Counted from the stretch's first letter, positions 13,078-27,938 are shown. The stretch is DNA of 64,000 nt from Eledone cirrhosa (GCA_964016885.1 OZ024742.1:87234001-87298000); one strand, 5' to 3'. The notes: a model not told the origin generated them from the sequence alone. Numbers and translations are program-made.

Positions 13078-13122
13078 AGCCGAGAAGGCCTTGTTTCGCT
13101 TTTGTTGAAGCTTATCAAGGCT
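13078..13122 (-). ncRNA. Minimal type I hammerhead-like motif (U3/A8 variant) in a PLE-type terminal repeat remnant
   Basis: Minus strand AGCC-TTGATAA-GCTT-caacaa-AAGC-GAAAC-AAGGCCTT-CTC-GGCT; cleavage triplet reads CTC rather than GTC. Confidence 0.65.
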
Positions 13123-13374
13123 AGCTACCCCGCCTGTCTACTGAGATTACTGATGTTATATTCTTATAGAATTCTAGTAAATAATCAGGAACTGATTATA
13201 CAGAGCGATTGTTGGTCAGGCAGAAATTAAAAATTAGAATTGGAGCTCTGAAATAGCAATATATATATGGATGTATATATAATGTATTTTGCAATACACT
13301 TACTTTAATCTCAGCAAACAGGGAGATATATATATATTGCTATTTCAGAGCTCCAATTCAAATTTTTTATTTAC

Positions 13375-13735
13375 TATAACTATGCACTATAACTGGCCAC
13401 AAAAGCGTTAAACATTATATAGGGGCTACCTCAGGCCCGTTCAAAATTAGGTTTCGAACACATCTCCACTCTTTCACAAATAAAAAAACATAGACACTCC
13501 ACTTCGCTCGCGGACTAAATCACATCACTAAAGGACTTAAACATCAGCTTCTCCACGCACAGGGATATTGTCGGCAGGGCTGCAACGTACAACTTCAAGA
13601 GAAAATGCGATTTTTGCCTCATGGAGCTCTACCACATCATAATGCACCCCACGAGCTCATCAACAGCAGAGCTTAAACAGCGATAAGTTGTACACATCGC
13701 TCAAAAATATCCTTCTTCAGATGGGTTAAGGATGA
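13375..13735 (+). pseudogene. PLE GIY-YIG endonuclease remnant (a further Hydra-like family)
   Basis: Manual translation KHYIGATSGPFKIRFRTHLHSF..STSLA..RAATYNFKRKCDFCLMELYHI with stops and frameshifts. Confidence 0.75.
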
Positions 13736-14081
13736 GGAGTGAAACCGTGCACCGGATCTCCCTGCAACAAGTTTTAACACCCTGGCGGGCAGGCGCGGCA
13801 ACATAACACCCAGGAAACTATCCTTGCATACCAGACCCAGCCTCAAACGACTCAGACAAACAGATGCGGCAAAATATTTTCAAAATAAGCGTTGATTACA
13901 TGTGTATCGACAATGGCAAGGTCGTAACCTTATCTCGTAGCGGATAAAAAAATGTATCGAGCATCTTTCGCATTCGCTAGTGGGCAAATAATTATATGCA
14001 TCACCTATCCTCCCCTTGTTTTTCTCTCTCTCGACACGTAAATAATGTATATATATATATAAATATGTATATATTTTTATG

Positions 14082-14222
<141 letters not shown>

Positions 14223-14238
14223 ATATATATATACATAT

Positions 14239-14306
<68 letters not shown>

Positions 14307-14324
14307 ATATATTTTTGTGCTAGT

Positions 14325-15004
<680 letters not shown>

Positions 15005-15005
15005 A

Positions 15006-15610
15006 CTCAATTTTAAATACGCTGTTAGCTTAATCAGATCAAAAGAAGAACTAATAACAATTCTTAAAAGGATGTTCAGAATCTTTAACTATTTTTAATA
15101 GTTGTTATTAGTTCTTGTGATGATCTGGTTAAACTATCAACGTATTTAAAATTGAGTGGCACATCTTCAAGTGTTCAGCAAATTTTAGGCAACTTAATCA
15201 GTGAAACAATTGTTAAGACTGTAAATAAAACTCCTTATTTTTACTGTTGACCATGTTATTGTTCACTCTTTCAATATTATTAATCCAAGCTAAACATACA
15301 TATTGAATTAAGATAATTCAAAATTCGCCACCTACGGATAGGCAATCCAAGAAAAACTTGAACCGGTAAGGTATCTTTTCTTGGTTATGTCAACATTTAT
15401 ATAACAAACTTTGTATTTCATCTGATTAATACTTACCTACATTTTGGTATCTTTGAAATATATATAATATAATAAATATGGTTTTATAAATATAGTTTCC
15501 ATTTATCTAATATCTTCGAATATTATACTCCATTAAACCAGTCGTGCGCTCTGAATCAGTTATAAACATCTATATTTGTTGAATTACCAACAAATTGAAT
15601 ATCCGTTTTG

Positions 15611-15612
<2 letters not shown>
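15006..15612 (+). mobile_element. PLE-like terminal repeat (family F) with short inverted duplication and hammerhead-like motif
   Basis: 15006-15060 is the reverse complement of 15102-15158; motif at 15112-15219; (TA)n flanks; duplicated at 16118-16727. No ORF is attached, so PLE origin is inferred. Confidence 0.65.
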
Positions 15613-15698
<86 letters not shown>

Positions 15699-15996
15699 GT
15701 TAAAAGAATAGAGCAAACAACACGGACACTCTATCTCAAAATTATTTTTGAAAAGCATTTAGAAATGCGCAACCGCTAAAACTTAAAAACTTAAAACCAC
15801 AACTGGATACTAACCCATACAATTACTAATACTCTTTTATTCCTAATTAAACTATTTTTCAACTGTGAACAATTTGTCACCATCTTCTATTCCGCCTAAC
15901 AATATATATATATATATATATATAGCCGTCTCTCTATTTTTGCCGTACTCTTCCACGTCCCGCTGGAATAAAGCACTGTCGGCAGCACGAAACTCT

Positions 15997-16103
<107 letters not shown>

Positions 16104-16117
16104 TTATATACATATAT

Positions 16118-16724
16118 ACTCAATTTTAAATACGCTGTTAGCTTAACCGTATCATCGTAAGAACTAATAAACACTCTTAAACATATGTTCAGTATATTTA
16201 ACTATTTTTAACAGCTGTTATTAGTTCTTCTGATGATCTGATTAAGCTAACAACGTATTTAAAATTGAGTGGCACAGCTTCAAGTGTTCAGCAAATTTTA
16301 AACAATTTAATCAGTGAAAAAAGTGTTAAGACTGTAAATAAAACTTCTTTTGTGTACTGTGACCATGTTATTGTTCACTCTTTCAATATTATTACTCCAA
16401 GCTAAACATACATATGAATGCAAAATAACTCATAACCTCGACGCATACGGATAGGCTATCCAAGAAAAAATTAAACCGTCAAGGTATCTTTTCATGGTTA
16501 TGTCAACATTTATATAACAAACTTTGTATTTTATCTGATGAGAGCGTTCCAAAGTGTTGGTACCGTTGAAATATATATAATAGAATAAATATGGTTTTAT
16601 AAATATAGTTTCCATTTATTTAATATCATCGAATAGTATACTCCAGTAAACTAGTCGTGTGCTCAAAATCAGCTATAAACATTTATATTTGTTCAATTAC
16701 CAACACATTGAATATCCATTTTGC

Positions 16725-16727
<3 letters not shown>
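16118..16727 (+). mobile_element. Second copy of the family F terminal repeat
   Basis: Colinear with 15006-15612; (TA)n flanks. Confidence 0.65.
16225..16332 (+). ncRNA. Hammerhead-like motif with 59-nt stem II insertion (family F)
   Basis: Two-copy consensus TCTT-CTGATGA-T-CTGATTAAG..CTTAATCAG-T-GAAAC-AATT-GTT-AAGA; each copy carries a different lesion. Confidence 0.6.
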
Positions 16728-16785
<58 letters not shown>

Positions 16786-16788
<3 letters not shown>

Positions 16789-18937
16789 ATAATAATAAAA
16801 TTGAAGACTAAAATCCAAAGAGGACTCGATAAGGATAAATATATTTCAAATATATAAGAACCGTACAGTAAATATTTATTAAATAACAGATTAAAGTTTA
16901 AGCAAAGAATCGCTGCTTTCACCCTTAACGGGATATTCTGAAATTAACAAAGTCAATCTGTAAACGCAGAACTGGATATTTCAAAAAACGTTGCAACCGG
17001 AGGAAGACAGGAAGACGATACTTTGGTTCGTGGATACGTTCGCTGGCAAAGAACGGGAAAAAACGAATAATACGTCATTAATAGGAACGGTGAAAAACAA
17101 TTACGCGCAAAGACAGAACCACGTTTATGGTATAAAAGAGGTCGTAGACAATGTTCTCTTAGGTGGTGCATAGAGATGTTCTCTGGCGATGAACGAAAAA
17201 AACGAAGATAATAAGTCATATGTGGAGCGTGGATAACAATAGCACGCAAAAACAAAACCACGTAAATGGTATAGCAGAAGTCGTAAGACTAAAATTCTAA
17301 CTAGGAGACCACATTTAATCTCCGCTACAGAGTTACGAACAAGGTAAATAAATACAATACAGAAGTAATAGAAATAAATAAATACGTACACGCAAACAAA
17401 TACGTACATACACAAGCATACGCAAAACCTTACCATAGGTATACAAAACCACGCACATATAAATATGTGTGTGTGTGTGTATGCTTGTGTACAAATAAAT
17501 AAATAATTATATAAACGTATATAAGTAAATAAATACGTATATAACAAGCGCACACACATACCTACATATAAATAAACGAATGTTCGGAGACGTAAGTCAA
17601 CTAAAACAAGAAGTACACATATACACAGACCCACAATACGTACGAACCTGCATACACACGCAGACGCAAAACTCCCGTATACACATAGCCAAACCCTAAA
17701 TACCAGAATATATACAAATTATACGCCATAACAATCAAATATACGTACGAGAAGATATACATACCTTCACAAAACATACGGGTAATATATACTTACCTAT
17801 GCAAATAAGTAAAGGAATTAACAAAACATATACTTAGCTCCCACATCAAGACGTAAAATATCCACGTATAGATCGTACTATCCGTTAGGGTATAACGTTG
17901 GGCTGTAATACAGGAAAGTTTTGTGCAATTTATGTTTACAAGCCGAAATTGCCTCAGATTTATTGTTTAAGATGTGGTCTGTGGCGTAGACTATTTCTAG
18001 GGGCTCAGCGGCGCAGAAGTCACATTATCTTTTATTTCCGTTATACGATCTAGCCCTAGCTAGGATCTCCCAGTGTAACTTATATTGGGTGTGGTTGTCT
18101 TCTAGACTCCAGATATAAGCTGAATGTGACGTCATATTCCTTCTTAGAGGGTAACGAAAAGAATGGGTAGGCATTTAAAGACGCTGCTTGAAACTATTGG
18201 CGGTTAACCATATGTAGGCCCAACGGGACGTGGGTGTTACGACCTTACATTTGTAGACAATGTTACTAGAGAGGCATTTCCCGGATAGGGGGCAATCAGC
18301 CGGATTCCTACAATTACAGTTAGTACTAACTACAGGGTTGCACGTGTTAATACGGATAGGTAGTTTAGCTAAATTTGAAGCTGTGATGTTATGTGCAAGG
18401 TTAGGTGTCGTAGATTAAGACATTTTAATAGTATTTCTATTAAACATTTTACTACATTTATGTGTAAGGGGAAAATGCTTCGTCATAAGGGAAAGGAAGA
18501 TCTTAGCTAATGGTGTGGCCATCTCCATATTATATGGTGGGTTAAACCAACAAATGCGACGGGATCTATTTCTTCTAGGTCTATTTTCGTACACTGTATA
18601 TGCTACCTTATCGAAAAATACACATCGAGCAAGAACTTCATTGTAATATGTGGAATGGTCGTTGAAAATGCGCTCGTTGGTGGAAAGACGGGAAAGCCTC
18701 AACGAAACGTTCCTTACCAGGTTCTTGGTTATGCTGGCAGGATGGTTGGAATGCTTACTTATGTAATTAAGCGTATCATTCGGCTTTCTATACGGGTCTC
18801 GTCTTCCTGTCTTCCTCCGGTTGTAACGTTTTTTGAAATATCCAGTTTTGCGTTTACAGATTGACTTTGTTAGTTTCAGAAGTTCCCGTTAATGGTGAAA
18901 GCAGCGATTATTTGCTTAAACTTTAACCTGTTATTTA

Positions 18938-18945
<8 letters not shown>
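16786..18945 (-). mobile_element. PLE family D (Hydra-clade-like), 5'-truncated, inverted pseudo-LTR
   Basis: Minus strand SNHP..RLSRLSTNE..WFNPPY..KHFP, CNCRNPADCPLSGKCL..IVYKC, GIY-YIG; 16870-17020 is inverted at 18797-18945; (TA)n flanks. Confidence 0.88.
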
Positions 18946-18980
<35 letters not shown>

Positions 18981-18981
<1 letters not shown>

Positions 18982-21900
18982 CGAAGGAATTGTGGTAATG
19001 GACCATATGGACCATAACGCCCATAACGCACAAAAGTACTCAATACTTAGAATAGTAGAGTCTGTAATATGAACAAGTATGAACACGACGCCAGAGCTCA
19101 AGCCGTTTCGACTACATAAGAATGTTTAGCACGGTAAACAAATAGCCGAACTTCTCGGGGGGATTTCCTTATATGGGAAGATAGTAATTGTCAAGATGAT
19201 TGGTAACAATTTTATTGTAAATACAGATGAATCTGTCAGACATTTGGTGGGAGGTAGGGGTGGCTGAATTTGCCGGTAGAACAAAGAGGGAGTGGGAGAA
19301 ACCCAGTCAAGCGTGGAAAGTGAATTCTATATGGCAGATTGTAAGGATAGTGTATAAAAGGTTGAAAAAAGTGAACTGGAGAATAGGAGGGGGAGTTGAA
19401 GAATAGGAAATCGAAAGGGAGTAAATGGAAAGAACCCATTATAAAAATAAGGAAATAAATATATTAAAAACAATTTCTGGTTACTACTCCATTTCCACAA
19501 TCACCAAATTTCTCATTGGTATTGCTAACCTATAGAAAAAGTTTAATAGGTGGAGAATGGGAAAAATACTAAATATGAGAATGTAGTGAACGAATTTTAT
19601 AAAGCCGGTTTACAGGGGTCTAACGCCATTGCTATAGATAGTTAATAATCAGCCAATGCTATCTTACATTGACAGGTTAATAAGTTGAGAACAAAAAATA
19701 CTAAAATACTACTACAGAAATACTAATACAACATATTAATACAAAAATAGCACTAAGAAATGTAGAAACCACAGAAATGTAGCAGCAACCAGAAAGAAAA
19801 ACAATTAATGGGGTCTAACACATCTGCTATAAAAAGCGTATTCGGCCATTTATATCTTACAATAAGCGTGGAGGGGGTACTGAGGCTACAGAGGACCGAT
19901 GGGCTGCATCGTGGTAGGCGAAAGGTGAAAAACAGGACGAGGAAGGAGATCTGGCGTGAAAGGGCAAGGAAGAGATGGGAGGAAGAAGGAAACATAGAAG
20001 AACATATAAAACAGGTTACGTCTACCTGTGTAAGCAGGGGTTACCCCTTACAAAATCGGCAAGTGGGGGGTTATCATTATGGTGTTTGCATGCGGTTACC
20101 AGTTCGTCTTTTTGTGTAGGTGTTGGTCATTCGAAAACAGCATTTGTAATGTTTCCTCCGCGCATAAGTTACACGGACGGCGTCCTCCCACGTGAGAGTT
20201 ATTTCTGGACAGTAAGCTCCAAGTAAGATGGTAAGTTATATTATTATCTGTGAGGTCCCAGATATGGCCCGAAAGTGTAGTGGCATGTCGTCGGGCCGGA
20301 TTTCGGAAAGTATGTCGGTGTTGGTAGCGCCGGGTCTTGAAGTCACAATACATTACATCAACCGCCGCTCGAACCATCCTAGAATCATCACCGATACCTG
20401 GTTAAAAACATCTCCCTCCGCATATCTCGTTTGTCCGCTAATCAGCAGATATTCGTCGAGCATGCGCCTTATTACCACCAGGCCCTCAAGCGAAGTGGCT
20501 TCCGGGAGGATATATCCTGTTATCCAGCTTCCTTTAGCGGAACCAGCAGGCGACACCGCCCCTTACGCAACATAACGTGTTTCAATCCTCCACACAATGC
20601 CAAGGTGACAACACCTATCGCGACAATCTTCTTTAGGCTCCTCAAAAAACACTTCCCACTACAACACCGCTACCACAACATAATCAACAAAACACACCAT
20701 CAAACTCTCCTCCAGTACCACACCTAACTTCGCACAAAACATCGTCTACTCTAACAACAAAAAACTCAACCCCTATGGAAGAAATAACCTAGACACCAGT
20801 GGAGAGCCGACCAGGAGGTATAACTGTCCTGATAGATCCATGTGACCCCTCAACAACTGATGCCGAAATCGTAACGTGATCTACCTGTACAACGTGAGGA
20901 CGTACACCTCCAACAAAGCTTATATAGGATTAACAGCTTGTGAATTTAAGACCCGGCTCTACCAACACCGACATATTTTCGAAACCCGACCCGGCGACAT
21001 GCCACTACACTATCGAGCCACATCTGGGACCTCAAAGATAATAATATAACCTTTAATCTCACTTGGAGCTTACTGTTCAGAGCTAACGTTTACACGGGAG
21101 GACGCCGTCCGTGTAAATTATGCTCGGAGGAAACATTACAAATACAGTTTTCGAAGGACCAACTCCTAAACAAGAAAGACGAAGTGGTAACCGCATGCAA
21201 ACACAGATTGCGTAGGACTCGCCCTCAAAACCCCATAATATCCCGGGTGGGGGCGGTAATCAAGGGCTGATAACCCCCACTTGCCGATTTTGTAAGGGGT
21301 AACCCCTGTTTACAAAGGTAGACGTAAGTTTTTTTATCTTTTCCTCTATGTATCCTTCTTCCCCCATCTCTTCCTAGTCCTTCCACCCCATATCTCCTTC
21401 CTCGTCTTTGTTTTCACCTTTCGCCTACTCCGATGCAGCCCACCGGTCCTCTGTAGACTCAGTACCCCCTACCCCCTAATTTTAAGATAGAATTGGCCAT
21501 TTACGCTTTTTATAGCAGATGTGTTAGACCCAGTATTTTTTTTTTCTTTCTGATTGTTGCTCCATTTTTGTAGTTTCTAAATTTCTTAGTGGTATTTTTT
21601 GTATTAATATTTGTATCAGTATTTTTGTAGTAGTATTTTAGTATTTTTGTTCTCAACTTATTAACCTGTCATTGTAAGATAGCATTGGTTGATTACTAAC
21701 TATCTATAGCAATGATGTTAGACCCCTTCTAAAGCCGGATTTATGAAATTCTTTCACTACATTCTCGTATTTAGTATGTTTCCCATTCTCCACATCTTAA
21801 CCTTTTCAATAGCTTAGCAATACCAATGAGAACTTTGGTGATTGTGGAACTGGAGTAGTAACCAGAAATTGTTTTTATATATTTATTTCCTTATTTTTAT

Positions 21901-22290
21901 AATGGGTTCTTTTCTTTTTACGCCCTTTCGATTTACCTATTCTTTCACCACCACCCTCCTCTTCTCCGATTCACTTTTGTCAACCTTTTATACACTATCC
22001 TGAGAATCTGCTGTATAGATTTCACTTTCAACGCTTGACTGGATTTCCCCCACTCCCTCTTTGTTCTACCGGCAAGTTCAGCCACCCCTACCTTCCACCA
22101 CATGCCATGATAGATTCATCTGTCTTTACAACACATATTTTACCAATCCTCTTGACTATTACTATCTTCCCATATAAGGAAATACCCCCTGAGAACTATC
22201 TATTTACCAGGCTAAACATTCTTATTTAGTCCAGAAATAGCCGTCGAAGCGGCTTGAGCTCTGCCGTCGGGTTCATAATTGTTCCTATAT
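18981..22290. mobile_element. PLE family C head-to-head inverted insertion
   Basis: Minus arm about 18981-20345; plus arm about 20345-22290 (YINRRSNHP..FNPPHN..KHFP..YIGLT); about 1.3 kb of inverted homology; (TA)n flanks. Confidence 0.88.
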
Positions 22291-22503
22291 ATATATATAC
22301 AGTTATGTAATAAACAACATAGGGCCATTATTTCATTTACCAGTGGTTTCTTAAAAGCCAACAAATGTTGCTTTCAATCATCAGAATGAACAAATCCTGG
22401 AGTATTTATTGACTTCGGATTTTAAAAACAAAAATATACGGTATATTGCCAAATATACTATACATATATTCATGCATACGTCGCTATTTCAGAGTACCCA
22501 GCG

Positions 22504-22761
<258 letters not shown>

Positions 22762-22768
<7 letters not shown>

Positions 22769-22857
22769 GTTATACTTTGGGAGGGTCACGTTGCCAATAA
22801 GAAGCACACGCACCATGACTTATTGGCAACATGACCCTCCCAAAGTATAACAATATC
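22762..22857. mobile_element. Mini-palindrome made from the 3' tip of the Neptune-like PLE
   Basis: ATTGTTATACTTTGGGAGGGTCA(C/T)GTTGCCAATAA is present in both orientations and matches 58305-58358. Confidence 0.75.
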
Positions 22858-22910
22858 GATTTCAACACACGTTTTCAGATAAATAATTTTGCTAAACAAA
22901 TTCAGAAACG

Positions 22911-22964
<54 letters not shown>

Positions 22965-22968
<4 letters not shown>

Positions 22969-23280
22969 ATAAAAACAAATTACAGGTTCCTTTTATTGAA
23001 AAAAATCATCATTTTACGATCGTTTCTGGGATATATATGTGTGTGTTGGTAGGTATATCATATTAAAGATCTATGTGAAAAAAAAATTAAAAAATGATCA
23101 GAGGAGATATACGTGAAAGTATATATAAGTGAAGGTATGAATATCTCCTCGGATAATTTGTAATAGTCGTTTACACCAATCTTTAATATGATATACATAT
23201 CAACACACACATATATATTACGGAAACGATCGTAAAATGATGATTTGTTCAATATAAGGAACCTGTTCTTTGTATTTATT
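22965..23280. repeat. Inverted repeat with about 100 bp arms, probable PLE terminus remnant
   Basis: 22965-23070 vs 23178-23280; contains GAAACGATCGTA, which resembles a hammerhead stem III. Confidence 0.55.
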
Positions 23281-23496
23281 TCATTGTTTTTATTACTTTA
23301 TCTTGAATCTGATTCCCTATTATTTTTATCGTTAAATGGTGAATGCATGTTATATTTTCATAATATCTTCTATATTTAGATTACACTGAGTTCTTCATAC
23401 AGATTGGACACTACAGTTTATTTTGGTATATTTATCTACAGACACACACACACACGCATATATATGTATATATATATGTATATATATATATATATA

Positions 23497-26368
23497 GTAA
23501 TAATAAATTTGAAGACTAAAATCCAAAGAGGGCTCGATAAGGATAAATATATATAAAATATATGAGAACCATAGAGCAAATATTTATTAAAATAAAAGAT
23601 TAAAGTTTAAGCAAAGAATCGCTGCTTTCACCCTTAACGGGATCTTCTGAATCTAACAAAGTCAATCTGTAAACGCAGAACTGGATATTTCAAAAAATGT
23701 TGCAACCGGAGGAAGACAGGAAGACGATTGTTTGGTTCGTGGAAACGTTCGCTGGCTAAGAACGGGAAACAACGAATATAATACGTCATTAATAGGAGCG
23801 TTGAAAAGCAATTACGAGCAAAGGCAGAACCACGTTTATGGTTTAAAAGAGGTCGTAGACTAATGTTCTCTTAGGTGGTGCATAGAGACGTTCTCTGGCA
23901 ATGAACGAAAAAACGAAGATACTACGTCATATGTGGAGCGTGGAGAACAATAGCACGCAAAGACAAAACCACGTAAATGGTATAGCAGAAGTCGTAGACT
24001 AAATTCTAACTAGGAGACCGAATGAATCTCCGCTACAGAGTTAAGAACAAAGTAAATAAATACAATACAGAAGTAATAGAAATAAATAAATACAAACACG
24101 CAAACAAATACGTACATACACAAGCATACGCAAAAACTTACCATAGGTAAACAAAACCACGCACATATAAATATGTGTGTGTGTGTAAGCGTGTCTACAA
24201 ATAAATAAATAATTATATAAACGTATATAAATAAATAAATACGTATATAAAAAGCGCACACACATACCTACATGTAAATGCACGAATGTTCGGAGACGTA
24301 AGGCAACCAAAACATGAAGTACACATATACGTACGAACCTGCATACTCACACAGACGCAAAACTCCCGTATACACATAGCCAAACCATATGTACCAGAAA
24401 TATAAAAAAAAATGTATACGCCATAACAATCAAATATACGTACGCGAAGGTATACGTACCTTCACAAAATATACGGATAATATATACTTACCTATGCAAA
24501 TAAGTAAAGGTATAAACAAACATATACTTAGCTCCCACATCGAGACGTAAAATATCCACGTATAGATCGAACTATCCGTTAGCGTATAACGTGGGGCTGT
24601 AATACAGGAAAGTTTTGTGCAATTTATGTTTACAAGCCGAAATTGCCTCAGATTTTTTGTTTAAGATGTGGTCTGTGGCGTAGAGTATTTCCAGGGCCTC
24701 AGCGGCGCAGAGGTCACATTATCTTTTATTTCCGTTATACGATCTAGCCCTAGCTAGGATCTCCCAGTGTAACTTATATTGGGTGTGGTTGTCTTTTAGA
24801 CTCCAGATATAAGCTGAAAGTGACGTCATATTCCTTCTTAGAGGGTAACGAAAAGAATGGGTATGCATGTAAAGACGCTCCTTGAAACTATTGGCGGTTA
24901 ACCCTATGTAGGCCCAACGGGACGTGGGTGTTACAACCTTACATTTGTGGACAGTGTTACTAGAGAGGCATTTCCCGGATAGGGGGCAATCAGCCCGATT
25001 CCTACAGTTAGAGTTAGTACTAACTACAGGGTTGCACGTGTTCCTACGGCTAGGTAGTTTAGCTAAATTTGAAGGGTAACGAAAATTCTTTTCGTTACCC
25101 TCTTAGAAGGAATATGACGTCACTTTCAGCTTATATATGGAGTCTAGAAGACAACCACACCCAATATAAGTTACACTGGGAGATCCTAGCTAGGGCTAGC
25201 TCGTATAACGGAAATAAAAAAACATGTGACCTCTGCGCCGCTGAGGCCCTGGAAATACTCTACGCCACAGACCACATCTTAAACAAAAAAATCTGAGGCA
25301 ATTTCGGCTTGTAAACATAAATTGCACAAAACTTTCCTGTATTACAGCCCCACGTTATACCCTAACGGATAGTTCGATCTATACGTGGATATTTTACGTC
25401 TCGATGTGGGAGCTATGTATATGTTTGTTTATACCTTTACTTATTTGCATAGGTAAGTATATATTATCCGTATGTTTTGTGAAGGTACGTATACCTTCGC
25501 GTACGTATATTTGATTGTTATGGCGTATACATTTTTTTATATTTCTGGTACATATGGTTTGGCTATGTGTATACGGGAGTTTTGCGTCTGTGTGAGTATG
25601 CAGGTTCGTACGTATGTAGGGCGTGCGTATATGTGTACTTCATGTTTTGGTTGACTTACGTCTCCGAACATTCGTGTATTTACATGTAGGTATGTGTGTG
25701 CGCTTGTTATATACGTATTTATTTATTTATATACGTTTATATAATTATTTATTTATTTGTAGACACGCTTACACATACACACATATTTATATGTGCGTGG
25801 TTTTGTTTACCTATGTAAGATTTTGCGTATGATTGTGTCTGTACGTATTTGTTTGCGTGTTTGTATTTATTTATTTCTATTACTTCTGTATTGTATTTAT
25901 TTACTTTATTCTTAACTCTGTAGCGGAGATTCATTCGGTCTCCTAGTTAGAATTTAGTCTACGACTTCTGCTATACCATTTACGTTGTTTTGTCTTTGCG
26001 TGCTATTGTTCTCCACGCTCCACATATGACGTAGTATCTTCGTTTTTTCGTTCATTGCCAGAGAACGTCTCTATGCAACACCTAAGAGAACATTAGTCTA
26101 CGACCTCTTTTATACCATAAACGTGGTTCTGTCTTTGCGCGTAATTGCTTTTCACCGATCCTATTAATGACGTATTATATTCGTTTTTTCCCGTACTTAG
26201 CCAGCGAACGTTTCCACGAACCAAACAATCGTCTTCCTGTCTTCCTCCGGTTGCAACGTTTTTTGAAATATCCAGTTCTGCGTTTACAGATTGACTTTGT
26301 TAGTTTCAGAAGATGCCGTTAAGGGTGAAAGCAGCGATTCTTTGCTTAAACTTTAATCTGTTATTTTA

Positions 26369-26372
<4 letters not shown>
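23497..26372. mobile_element. PLE family D head-to-head inverted insertion
   Basis: Minus arm 23497-25070 and plus arm 25085-26372 share about 1.27 kb; EN C-terminus TSLSAYIWSLE..CDLCAAE..LNKK; (TA)n flanks. Confidence 0.9.
26302..26352 (+). ncRNA. Compact hammerhead-like motif of PLE family D (copies 18872-18922 plus; 23604-23654 and 16895-16945 minus)
   Basis: Consensus AGTTT-CAGAAGA-T-CCC-gttaa-GGG-T-GAAA-GCA-9 nt-TGC-TT-AAACT. Confidence 0.55.
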
Positions 26373-26441
<69 letters not shown>

Positions 26442-27938
26442 CGTTCCAAATCCGTTTTAATTCATAAGCTTATCTTCAAGAAAACAGGATTTTAAACACA
26501 TCTATTTTAACCGAACGTGAACCGACGGGTGACGGCTGCTGTAGTATATATATAAAGAACTTAAAAGGATCTTCAATGGTTGGTTACAAATATCACAGTA
26601 TAATTTGAGTTAAACGCATTTGCTGAAATAGCATCATATACAACATAGCATTTAAATTGTGAAACCAAATTAGACCCGGTTCATATAAACAGACCTGGTG
26701 CCCAACCAATTATTATGATTTAGAGAACGTCATCATCAAAGAGGGGACACATGTATGTGTACATGCACGTAGACCATCTCCGGATGATTCTATTTATGTA
26801 TGTACGACTGCGTCTGTGTGTGCCGATGTGGATGCCTTCAAACTATGTGATGGCCGATATGTGTAGAAAATACTTGAGTGTGGATAACACCTTCGTGTAT
26901 CCCATATATATAAAAGGACAAGTATGTGAATAATTCAAAATATGATCTGGACAGTGAATCACACAGATGAGGATAGCAGTTAGAGATGTAGCTATTTTGG
27001 AGACCCTTGTCATGCAATGTAGCCATAGATATATTTGTATTCGAAATGTGTCAATATAATGAAACACTGCATATGTTTGTGAAACATCTTTATTTTCGAT
27101 GTCATCTTGGAGAACATGATTCATAACTCGTGCACGCGAATCGAATTACGACTGCTTTCATTATTTATGTTCTTTCCTACAATTGGCTACAATCAAGTTA
27201 CCTAGGTAGAGAATAGTAGTTTGTACGAAACTGCTAGGACTGATCGCGTTCGTGAGTGGACGAACAGAGTAAATGTTATCTCCAGTGCATTCATGAAGAA
27301 ATATCATTTATAGCTGCATTATTATTATCAACATTGAAGAGAGACATTTTGGGGCCGCTGGACTATGTTTACTTACATTTACTTGAAATTCAAAACATTC
27401 ATACATGCATGATAGTGCACAGACACACACGCACACGCACACGTACACAAACACATACACACAGATACACAACTCCAACAACGTGGACACACATTTAAAT
27501 ACCATGAGCAATACATAAGCAACAGCAATAACTTTTATATAGGAAACAATGTTTGATCTTAAACTTAGATATACGGTTATAACTAAATGATAAGTATACT
27601 AATACATGCATGTCAACGATGACGACTCAAGAAAACGAATACTACTACTACTAATAATAATAATAACATAATAATGCTAATAATAATGTTTTCTTTATTA
27701 ACCACAAGGGTTTACATAAAGTAGACATTAAGGACAGTACATGACAATACAGGACGGTTACAAATGGCCATATCTGCGTGCAAAAAACAAAACAGAGGAT
27801 GTAACAAAAAAATAACAATGAAAAATTCCCCAAAAGGGGTGAGACTTCGGAGGGACATTTGTGGAGAAAGACCAGTAAAAGGCCACAGTGACCCTGGCCA
27901 CCAAGGCAAGTGCCCTCTCCCAGTTTTCCACCTTTAAT

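Noticed and set aside
15835-15890. Hammerhead in family E (GAACAATTTGTC)
   Set aside because: No GAAA, recognisable CUGANGA core or stem I in any of the four copies.
27200-27315. Minus-strand exon candidate ending at a GTAACT donor
   Set aside because: All three frames from the nearest plausible acceptor contain stops.
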